From contig OZ024745.1 of the NCBI GenBank assembly GCA_964016885.1, positions 123,256,001-123,320,000 of the forward strand: a stretch of 64,000 nucleotides of DNA, in the 5' to 3' direction. Below the pieces are notes generated by a model. That model was not told the DNA's origin and did not search any database. It saw only the letters and a program-made list of their open reading frames with translations. Below are positions 53,480-64,000 of this stretch, piece after piece. The position numbers and the translations under genes were made by a program. Every line of letters begins with the position of its first letter. The stretch's first letter is position 1. Source of the DNA: Eledone cirrhosa. Taxonomy: Eukaryota.

Positions 53480-55905
53480 TGAAGAAAAGGAAGAAACAAG
53501 ACAGGCTGATCAACAAAAGAGTGGAAGATCTGTTTATGGATATAAAACCAATGATGATTCAATATGAGGCCACTGTATCTTCAGAATATAGAGAGAAGTC
53601 ATTTAGCTACTGAAAGAGCCAAAGTAAACCATGCAATGATGTACATTGAAACCAATGGTATCATCAACTTGAGAAAGTTAATTAGCACTTTCGGGTTTCT
53701 GGTGGGTGAGGGATTAGGTATTAAATAAACTGAAAGGAAGAAATGTAAGGAACCCTGGAAGATAATAATGGAAGGTGATATAACTCAACTCAGAAAAGAT
53801 TTAGGTAAAATGGAAGCATGGCAGAGAGGAAAATGTAAGAAGGCCAAAGCAGGAAAGAAACAATGCATGGGCATCTTTTTTCTTCGCCCACTTACTCCTG
53901 AGAGGGTCATGGGGGCAGAGTCCTCAAACACTCCTTCCAGCTGGTCCTGTCAGAAGCAACCATCTCCAACTGATCCTGCTGGATCCCCAAACATGACCAG
54001 CCAAGCTCATCGATGTTATGCAACCATCTTACTTGGGGTCTAGCCCTGGGTCTCCTGTCCAGTAATTCTTTCCTGAGATATTCTAACCACATGACCATAG
54101 TATCGGAGCTGTGATCTCTATGCATGGGCATACGATACAAAATAAAATTGAAAGGTTTGGATGTAGTGATGGAAGAATAGAATCAGTGAATTGAGTTAAG
54201 GTAAAATCTAATTGGGTTAGGTGCTAGACAAAATACTGTTAGAGGAAAGTAGTGCACAAGTTGCTCCTAATGCAGAATAATCCACACAATTTTGGTCAAA
54301 TCTATGGGAAACTGCAATAGAGCATGGCGAAGATGTGAGATAGATATATGAAGTTGAGCATAAGTTATCTAATGAACAAAAACAGAGATGGAAAAGAATT
54401 TCAAAGGAAGACATTCAAGAGTATGGTAGGAAAATGTCAAACTGGAATTCTTCTGGACTGGATGGGATCCAAGGATTCTGGTTGAAGAATTTTTAAAGTA
54501 TCCATTCAAGGCTAGGAATGCACCTAAATGATTGTGTAGTACAAGAAGTTTCAAGCTGGGTGATTGATTATCAAGTTGGATGATTGATTATCAAGTTGGA
54601 TGATTGATAATGAAAGATAAAAGGAAAGGTCTGTTAGATGGAAATTACAGGCAGATTGTTTGCTTGAATTTGCTTTGGAAGATGTTAACTGGCATTTTTG
54701 TAGCAAAAGTGTATGATCACTTGCTTCAGAATGGGATGCTACCTGTCGAGCAGAAGGGGTGTAGGAAAAATTCCTTGGGAACAAAAGACCATCTTGCTGT
54801 TGACAAGGCAATCATGAATAACTACAAAAGATATCTAAAGAATTTATGCAAAAAAATGTCAAAAACCTTTGACATGGTCCCACATCCATGGTACTGAAAT
54901 GTTTCAGAATGTCTGGGATAGCAAACTGTGTTGTTAATGTAATAGAATCTAGATATGGTCAATATAGGAAGAGGAATATTTCAAGGGAATTCCTTCTCAC
55001 CATTAGTCTTTGTGATTGCCATGATTCCATTATTAATTGTCTTACGGAATACAGATATTGGCAATCAGATAGAAAACTAAGGACCTAAGATCAATCATCT
55101 ACTTTTCATGGATTATCTGAAGTTCTTTGGGAAGAATGAATTTCAGGTTGACTTACTGGTCAAAACTATCGGGATGGAGTTTGGTATTGCAAAGTGTTCC
55201 ACCCTATGTAGAAGGGTAAGCATGTACATATTGGTGGGGGTTGAGTTACCTGATAGAGTCAATTAAATGATCCACTGTGCAAATAAATAGCAACAGCAAT
55301 AATAATTGTTTCTCCTTTTGGAACAAGGCCCGCAATTACCCCAGTGCATTACTGGTACTTTATTTTATCGACCCTGTAAGGAGGAAAAGCAAAGTTAACC
55401 TCGGCGGGATTTGAACTCAGAACTCTTTGCTGCAAACCATTGAGTCTAACTCTACTGATACTGCCAATCCACCGTCCAATACTGCCAACAACAGCAATAA
55501 TAATTGTTTCTACTTTTGGCACAAGGCCAGCAATTACCCAGTACATTACTGGTACTTTATTTTATCGACCCCGTAAGGATGAAAGGCAAACTTAACCTCG
55601 GCGGGATTTGAACTCAGAATGGCAAGGGCCGTAACTCTATACGTCAAAGTATGGCGTCCGACCCTCTACCGACGCTGCCAATCCACCGCCCTAAACAGCA
55701 ATAATAATGTTGGTAATATACATTAATTACAGTGGAAATGTTACAGACACTTTGTTTGCTTGGAACAGCTAGGATAATATAAAAGATACTGGATATAAAT
55801 TGAAAAGAAGGAAAGAACATTATGATACCTCAGACCAATGGATGTGGTCTACTAACTAAACCAGGAATTAAGATCAATCCTGAGGGAGGACAGAATAATA
55901 ATAAT
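53480..55905 (+). mobile_element. decayed R4/Dong-like LINE ending in (TAA)n, with nested RTE (53875-54125, minus) and SINEs
   Basis: NYRQIVCLNLLWKMLTGI, EQKGCRK..GTKDHL, RGIFQG, INHLLFMD, CLLGTARII. Confidence 0.85.
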
Positions 55906-56258
55906 GCTTTCTATATTAACCACAAGGTTTGACAGGACGGTACAAATGGGCATTTCTGCGTGTAAAGAAAAAAAAACAATAACAAAGGAAGTAACAAAAA
56001 ATGAAAGAAAAGAAAATTCCCCAATAGGGGTGGGAGAGACTTCTGAGGGTCATTTGTGGAGAAAGCCCACAAAAAAACTTGGTGACCCTGACCACCAAAA
56101 CAAGTGCCCTCTCCCAGTTTTCTACCTCCAATCTACAGGTGCATACTCAGAGCAGGTTCACCCACTCGGGCTATACTTGCCTCTCTCACCCATCTTTCAA
56201 GGGAGCACTTCCCTCTCCACCCTGATTTTCCTTTTTAAATGAAATTTGAAAAATATGA
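55905..56258 (-). mobile_element. Tx1/L1-like 3' end
   Basis: homologous to 16730-17112. Confidence 0.8.
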
Positions 56259-57091
56259 TAATAATTTGGCACAAGGCCATCAATTATCCCAGTGCATTAC
56301 TGGTACTTTATTTTATCGACCATGTAAGGATGAAAGGCAAAGTTAACCTCGGCGGGATTTGAACTCAGACCATAAAGGGCCGTAACTCTTTGCTGCAAAG
56401 CATGGCGTCCGACCCTCTACCGATACTGCCAATCCAAATAATAATTATAATATACACACATACAAACACACATAAATGGGTTGGGGTAGTCTTTATGTTT
56501 TGTAATTATATTTTGAATAAATTTGTGCTGACATGTTACTAAACTAGCTATCTGGTTTTATGTACCTGGCATAAATATGTTAGATTATTACATCTATAAA
56601 CTTATTAGAGTTATAGATTGGGTACTTGAAATAAGACACTGTATGAGTTTATGTTGAATATACAAATATTTTTCAGTATAGAATATATTATTTGTAGTTT
56701 TTTATTTAATTTCTAAAACTGAGTTATTTTTTTGTTGTTGATGGTTTTATCCCCAAGATGTACAGATGTAAATGTAGTACCCTCTAGATATATTTTATTT
56801 GAAAATATGAAAGTGAGAACTCATGAAATATATTATCATATTTTTCATTCTGGTCAGTACGACTAAATTATATTAAATCTCAGTGAGATATTATATAGGG
56901 TGGCCAGGATGTGTTTTTGATGATGTTTATGGTGAGAGCAGCTTGGATATGATAATGATATTATTAATAATAACTTGAAAAGAAATATTGAAACTATCCA
57001 TATATAAAGATCTAGAAGTGGAGATAACGTCACGATGCAGATTGGAAACAGAAAAATACATTTATGGCAATGGGTACCATGGGAAATAAAG

Positions 57092-57749
57092 TCTAATTTA
57101 TATATATAAAACTCAGGATGTCTGTCTGTCTCTGTGTGTGTGTGTCTGTGAGTTTGAATCCCTAAAACTCGAGAAGTACTCAACCGATCTTTTTCAAACT
57201 TTACATGTGTATTACTTATGTTTTAGGGAGTGTTATGCACATAAGAAAATTCAACTTTTTGATCTCCTAGGGCCTGCATTAGGTGAAAAACTGCGCTTTT
57301 AAAGCTTTTTAGGGGTTTTTTGAGGCGTTATGTCAGACCGATTGCCTTGAAATTGTAACTATGTATTAGTCAGTCTTTTCTTCATACCGTAAGCAAAGAA
57401 AATCCAACTTTTTTATGGCCTAGGGCCCGCATTAGGTGAAAAACTTCATTTTTTAAGCTTTTTAGGGCTTTTTGGAGGCGTTACGTCCAGTCGATTTTCC
57501 TAAAATTTCAAAGCATATTATGTACATAAAAAAAAATTCATTTTCTTGATCCCCTAGGGCCCGCATTAGATGAAAACCTACATTTTTCCTGCTTCATCGA
57601 GGAAAATCTTAAAGATTATCCAGCCATCAGAGTATTTGGTTTATTTTCTTTACATATTGTCCACACATGCAGTTTTTCCACGATTAGGTCTGTTGGCGGC
57701 TTGCGTTCCAAAATACCTTATCCCATGCAATGCTGGGTGCCATTGCTAG
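57092..57749 (+). mobile_element. non-autonomous Helitron
   Basis: 5' t(c/t)tatatatataaaa plus (TCTG)n; three internal ~140-bp repeats; 3' ccca..tggg hairpin then CTAG|T. Confidence 0.75.
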
Positions 57750-58066
57750 TAAGAAATATAGACAAATACATATCCAGAGCTCCAGGACATATGCATATAT
57801 CAGTCCTCTAGCATTTTTGTGAAATCCACAAAAATATAGAACACAAACATTGTCAAGAAGAAATTCTTTAACCACCCTTTAGCATTTATTTTACTCTGTG
57901 TATTATATTTTCATGGTAAAGGCTTTACTTCACATAATTATCTTACATAATATCGAATCTATGAAATTTTGATAACAATACCTTAATATCTGTATGAGCA
58001 GCCAGTTAGAGCCAGTTTGAACAGAAAGAGGTGAGAGAATTCTGGCTGGATACAGCCGGTTTAATA

Positions 58067-58634
58067 ATCATCATCATCATCATCATTTTACGTCCGCTTT
58101 TCCCTGTTTGCAAGGGTAGGACGGGTCTTATTCAGCACAGCATCTCTCCACTCGTCACGGTCCCTCGTCATCTCCACCGTGAGCTTCAATGATCTGAGGT
58201 CTGTTCTCACCATCTCCGCCCATGTTTTTCGTGGTCTACCTCTACCACGTCTTCCTTCAACTGGCAATTCCTGGCACTTCTTCACCCATCGGTCATCCTC
58301 CATGTGCATCACATGTCCATACCACCTTAGTCTCCTCTCCCGTACACTACATTCTATCCCTCTCAGACACAGTTTCTCTCTCAACACATTTATGCTGGGT
58401 CGTTCACGCACATTTACACTGCACATCCAACGGAGCATGCTTGCCTCATTTCTCTCCAGCCATCGCATATCCTCTGCAGTTGCTGCCCATGTCTCACTAC
58501 CATGCAGCATCGCGCTCCTCACACAGGCATCATACAACCGGCCTTTCGTACGCAGGGAGAAACCCTTCTTCGTCAACAGAGGAAGCAGCTCCCTAAACTT
58601 CTTCCAACCCGTCCTTATTCTAGATACTATGATA
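58067..58634 (-). mobile_element. RTE 3' part with open C-terminal frame
   Basis: ORF 58088..58714: GWKKFRELL..RRLRWYGHV..GRPRKTW; (CAT)n tail. Confidence 0.92.
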
Positions 58635-58635
58635 C

Positions 58636-60172
58636 TATGAAATTTTTGTGTACAGTGCTCAGGTGCATTACAACTCATCAAAGGTGCATGTAAAGTATAT
58701 AGAATAATATACAAATGTCAGGGAAGTGAATAGTGTATGAGTCATGATATACATGTGTGCGTGTGTATGGAGGGAGAGTATTAGGTGTAGTGTTGGCGAA
58801 TCTCAGGAAGCATGGAGGTTTTAAAGGATGCAGTGTCTCGACAGCTAACTGATGCAGGTAGTTTGTTCCATGCTTCAGCAACTCTGAGCATGAAAAAAAT
58901 GTTTCTGAAAGTCATGGGAGCTGTGCTGTTTTCTGACTTTGTAGGCATGCCCACATGTGTTAGACACATTGAAATCAAAAAGGTACTCAGGGTTGTTGTT
59001 GGCAAGATGGTTAATAATTTTGTGGGTGTTTACCAAGTTGCCAGACGTCAGAGCTTCAATGTATCCATGCCCAGGGAAGCAAGGCGTTCAGAGTATGGTA
59101 GATGCCTGATGGAGGGTATTCGCTTGGTTGCACGTCTCTGAACAGTTTCCAGGTGGTCAATGTTCTGAGCAAGATAGAGGTTCCAGACTGGTGATGCAAA
59201 TTCTAAGTGTGGCCGCATCATAGCTATATACAGCTTTAAACAGATAGCTGGAGAGTGGCTGACAAAGGTCTTGCTGAGTGATGCTAAGACACCCTCAGCC
59301 TTCTTCACAATTTTAGAGACGTGCTTTGTCCAACACAAATCACTGCTGACAGTAATGCCCAGCTCACGTTCACAAGAAGACTTCTTGACATTAGTGTTGT
59401 GGAGGGAGTATGTGGACGCTGGGTTTTTACTCCCAAAATGCATGGTGGTACACTTGTCCACAGCCAGCTTGAGTTGCCAGTCTGTGATCCATTGTTGCAT
59501 TGTGTCCAGGTCAGATTGCAGACAAGATCTATAGTGTTCGGAAGCTGTCCTTTTTATCTCAAGGTACAGCTTGATGTCATCTGTATATTTCAGTACTGTG
59601 GCATTCTTTAAGTTGGCATCTATGTATTAATATATGCCACAAACAAAAGGGGACCAAAACAGATCCCTTTGGTACACCAGATGATATCTCATATGGTGAG
59701 GAATGCTCTCCTAGAACCGTGACTACCTCTCTTTGACTGAGAATGAAGGACTTCAACCAGTTAAAAAGTTCATCCTTCACACCCATTGCAGAGAGGTTTG
59801 CCATAAGCCTTTTGTGTGGCACAGAATTGAAAGCTTTCGCAAAGTCAAGGTAAACAACATCCACCCATGAGCCGCCATCAGTGATCCAGGTGATGTCTTC
59901 AAGAAACTCGATAAGTTGATCACAGCAGCTGGAGTTAGGGATAAATCCAAATTGCGAGGGTCAGATAAGACTGTGAGAGTTTCAGAAGTTCCAAAGTGTT
60001 TCTCTGGCACATGATTCCATCAGTTTGGCAATGCAGCTAGTAAGACTGACTGGACGATAGTTGACAGGTGATGTGTGGTCACCCTTTTTGAACAGAAGAA
60101 TGACACTGGCAGTTTTCCACTATTCTGGAGTAGCACCATTGTTCAGACAAAATTGGAAGAAGTGTGATAGCT
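58636..60172 (-). mobile_element. CR1-group LINE RT region and 3' UTR, frameshifted
   Basis: NYRPVSLTS, DVVYLDFAKAF, SGVPKGSVL, RPHLEFASPVW, LETVQRRATK, RVAEAWNKLP. Confidence 0.9.
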
Positions 60173-60204
60173 GGTGTAAATGCTATAGGGTTAAAGTGCA
60201 ATCA

Positions 60205-60398
60205 AAGGAGGGGGAGGGGCGAGGGGATATGAGGACAGGGGGAAAGATGGTGGTGAGGAGGAGGAGGGGGAGGGGGGGGAGATGATGAGGATGAGGGAGG
60301 AGGTGTGAGGGGTGAGGAGGAGGAGATGATAATGATGGTGATAACGGTGAGGGTGGTGATGGTGGTGGTGATGGTGGTGCTGGTGGTGGTGATGGTGA
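60205..60398. repeat. G-rich (GGA)/(GGT) low-complexity tract
   Basis: seen directly. Confidence 0.85.
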
Positions 60399-62005
60399 TA
60401 CAAGCTAGCTTTATCCTTTTTACTGAAATTACTCATAAGAAAATGATGACTTTCTCTTTTTGTTTTCAGCATTATTTCTGTCAGTAGTATTAACCCTTTG
60501 GCATCTAAACCAGCCATAACCAGCCAGAATTCTCTCACCTCTTTTTGTTCAAACTAGTCATAAATGACCACTCATACTGATGTTATGGTATTGTTCTCAA
60601 AATAAATAATATCAAAATCTCATAGATACAATAGTGAATATAGAGTAATGGAAATGCTAAAGGGTTAAAATTATGAAGATTATTATAAAAATCATTGCTT
60701 AATACTTATAATATTTCTGAAATGTTACTCAAATACTAGGTCAATGTAATAACACAAATTACAAAGCAAAAAAGATATTTAATATACACAAATATCATAC
60801 CCATATGAGATATAGCTACACATTGAAATAAAACTTTAGCTCTTTAGCATTTACATTACTCTATATAAACTATTGTATTTTCATAGTAAAGGCTTCTTGG
60901 TGCTGAAGACGCTTCGTCCTCGAGGACAGACCCAGATTTTAACAACCAAAAATTAAAAAAAAAAAATAATAAACAACCTTTGGCCTCCAGGACATATGGT
61001 AAAGTTTTGAGACTTATTGAAGGAAAAAAGTAGCGTCTTCAACACCAGGAAATACGGTAATTATCTTACATAATATTGAATCTATGAGATTTTGATATTA
61101 TTTATTTTGAGAACAATACCTCAACGTCAGTATGAGTGGCCAGTTATGACCAGTTTGAACAGAAAGAGATGAGAAGCCAGATAGAACTGGTTTAAATGCT
61201 AAAGGATTAAAAGATAAATTACTTAGATTGAACTAGAAATGAAAGTGTAAATGTAAAACAAAAACTTATCTATAACATTTGTAATATACAAAACCTACAC
61301 ATAATTAGAACTGGACTTACTTATAAGCTAAATAAGCTATAGCCTAGGGCTACACATCCTTGGGGACTTCATTTTTTTAAGTATATTTTTATTTTAACCC
61401 TTTAGCATTTACATTACTCTATATATCCTATTGTATTTTTGTGGTAAAGGCTTTATCTCACATAATATTGTATCTATGAGATTTTGATGTTATTTATTTT
61501 AAGAACAATACCTTAACATCAGTATGAGTGGCCAGTTATGGCCAGTTTGAACAGAAAGAGCTGAGAGAATTCTGGCTGGATACAGCCGGTTTAAATGCTA
61601 AAGGGTTTATATTTCTCAAATATTACTCAAATACTAGGTCAATGTAAGAATACAAATTACAAAGCAAAAAGAAAGAATATTTAATTCACCTCAATATCAT
61701 ACCTATATGAGATATAGCTACACATTGAAATAAAACTTTAAAGTGAAAATAATTGAAACTAAACTAAAATATTTTCTTTGCCAATTTCCTTGCAATTACA
61801 GCTGTTCGCATTATTTAATTATTGATAAAGAAAAAAAAAACATATATTTTAATTAGAAGAATTTATAGCACAAATATTATGACAGTCCATTAAATTTGTT
61901 TATTTATTTTTTTAATTTCTATATTTTTAGAATTTTTAAACTGTAATGAACAAGTTTTGATTTATCTTATATGAAATGTAGCAAGGAATTCGTTGAATAA
62001 TAATG

Positions 62006-62035
<30 letters not shown>

Positions 62036-62037
<2 letters not shown>

Positions 62038-62645
62038 TTCTTTATTGGCCACAAGGGTTGACATCAAGAAAAACATTACAGACGGCACAGGACGGTACGA
62101 TGTGGGTTTTGTGCGTGTAAATATTTTTATTATTTGCCGTCGCCAGTGTTTTTGTTTGTTTCTTTTTTCCTCTGTGCTGCTGTTATAGTTGTTGTTCTTT
62201 GGGTTCTTTGTGGTTGTTGGTGTTGTTATTGGGGTGGTAGTGGTGTTTGATTTCTGTAACGCAGGAAATTTTTCGTTATAATTTTCACAGCTGCTGCTGA
62301 TATCATTATCACTGTCGCTGCTGCTGCTGCTGTTTCTCTTGTTTTTTACTTTGCCTTGTGATTGGGTGGAATTGGCTGTTCCACCCTCTGAACAACTCGC
62401 TGTTCCTCCCTGTGGACAATTTTCTTTGTACGCCATGTTTTTTTTTCTTTTTTTAATTTTAGGGTTATGATTGTAAATAAAAACAAATTTAGCCCTCAAG
62501 GGCGCGAGATACAGTTAAAAAAACCCACCTCCTTTGACAGGGGGGTTCTTTAACTACACACCGATGTAAAAGTTTATTATTAGAACTTTCGGTAACTCAT
62601 AAAAAATTCAACCAATTTACTCCGCCGTAGTTACCGCCATTTTGT
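62036..62645 (-). mobile_element. short, internally deleted Tx1/L1-like element (putative 5' UTR/ORF1 start fused to the 3' tail)
   Basis: 62036-62135 nearly equals the tail at 62678-62775; low-complexity ORF MAYKENCPQGG..; (AAT)n flanks. Confidence 0.6.
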
Positions 62646-62677
62646 AATGATAACCAATAATAATAATAATAATAATG

Positions 62678-63600
62678 ATTTCTTTATTGGCCACAACGGC
62701 TGACATCAAGAAAAACATTACAGACGGTACAGGACGGTACGATGTGGGTTTTGTGCATGTAAATATTTTTATTATTTATATAAGAAAAGAAAAAAAAGAC
62801 ATAGAAACAAATATATATATATAAACAATAAAAATGAAAATTGAAACAATGAAAAATTCCCCAATAGGGGGGAAACCTCCGAGGGTTACTCGTAGCGAAA
62901 ACCACACAAAAGACCACGGCCACCCTGACCACCAGGGCAAGCGCCCTCTCTCAATTTTTCCATTTCTCAAACTACAGGCATATTCAGAGCGGTCCCATTC
63001 ACTCGGACCATTCTCGCTACATTCACCCACCTTTCAACAAACTTGCTAGAAGGCAGCACTTGCCTCTCTACCCTGATTTTCCTCTTCAAGTGAAACTTGA
63101 AAAAGTTAATTAGGGATTCGCCGAAGAGGAAAGTGTCTGTCTTTAACCCTTTCAACCTTGTCCACCACACAATCTCTTTCGCCATGGCCACCAGGTAGAT
63201 GAAAACTGCCTGCCCTTCCTCCTCGAAGGAAGACGGCGAGACCATCTGCACAATGGACTCAGTCGATAACCGGATCAGTCCTACACGCAACAGCAACTGT
63301 TCGACATAGCTCCACAAGTCAGCAATGCTCGGACACTGAACGAGTGCGTGCATGACGGTTTCGTTGCTCTGCGTGCATCTTGGACAGGCTCGGCTGACGC
63401 CACTTCCGTGCCTGTAGAGCTTATCTCGAACCGGCAGCGCTCCCCAGTAGCACTGCCAGGCCAGGGATTTTTGGAAGTTATCCATAGGCCCTGGGCTGAA
63501 AGTTCTCCGGAAAAGAGCAAACAGCTGATCTTCTTCGACACCCAGGATCTCTCCGAGAACGTCGTCGCTCTTCCCCTCCACTAGTCCTCTATAGAACACC
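62678..63600 (-). mobile_element. Tx1/L1-like LINE, 5'-truncated (zf-RVT C-terminus and 3' UTR)
   Basis: W..GALPVRDKL..CPRC..ETVMHALVQC..W zinc knuckle; (AAT)n flanks. Confidence 0.88.
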
Positions 63601-64000
63601 GAATAATAATCATAATAATAATGATTTCTTTCTTTATTTCTTTATTTATTTTAATAATAATTGTTTCTACATTTGGCACAAGGCCAACAATTACCCAGTA
63701 CATTACTGGTACTTTATTTTATCGACCCCGTATGAATGAAAGGCAAAGTTAACCTTAGCAGGATTTGAACTCAGATCGTAAAGGGACGTAACTACGCTGG
63801 AAAGCATGTCTGACGCTCTACCAATACTGCCAAATAATAATAATATTAATAATGGTTTCTTTATTGGCCACAAGGGTTAACGTGAAGAAAAATAATGATA
63901 ATAATAATAATGAGTGCAAGAAAAGGAGAAGGAGAAAATTAACCGATAGCAGGAGTTAAAGTGGGAGTTAAAAAGGATTTGGAACTGCCATGAAATCAAA

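Overview
AT-rich, repeat-dense animal genomic DNA. The SINE/LINE/microsatellite mix suggests a coleoid cephalopod such as an octopus (inference, not verified). I found no intact protein-coding gene, only two weak exon candidates. The window is a mosaic of decayed non-LTR retrotransposons (RTE, CR1-group, R4/Dong-like, Tx1/L1-like, CRE-like, Penelope), two tRNA-derived SINE families, TTAA-flanked piggyBac-like MITEs, a Tc1/mariner-like MITE, a non-autonomous Helitron, minisatellites and microsatellites. The most notable hidden layer is about 12 loci carrying roughly 16 type-I hammerhead ribozyme (HHR) cores in short elements embedded in (TA)n. Several lie inside long fold-back palindromes that put a ribozyme core on both strands, including a perfect 343-bp palindrome at 30164-30506. 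The families differ in their stem-III palindrome, and some have core variants (U3-A8, U4A). There is also a candidate HDV-like ribozyme in an internally deleted RTE, a duplicated pre-miRNA-like hairpin, and a minisatellite with a 172-bp higher-order repeat. Coordinates were read by eye and element boundaries are approximate.
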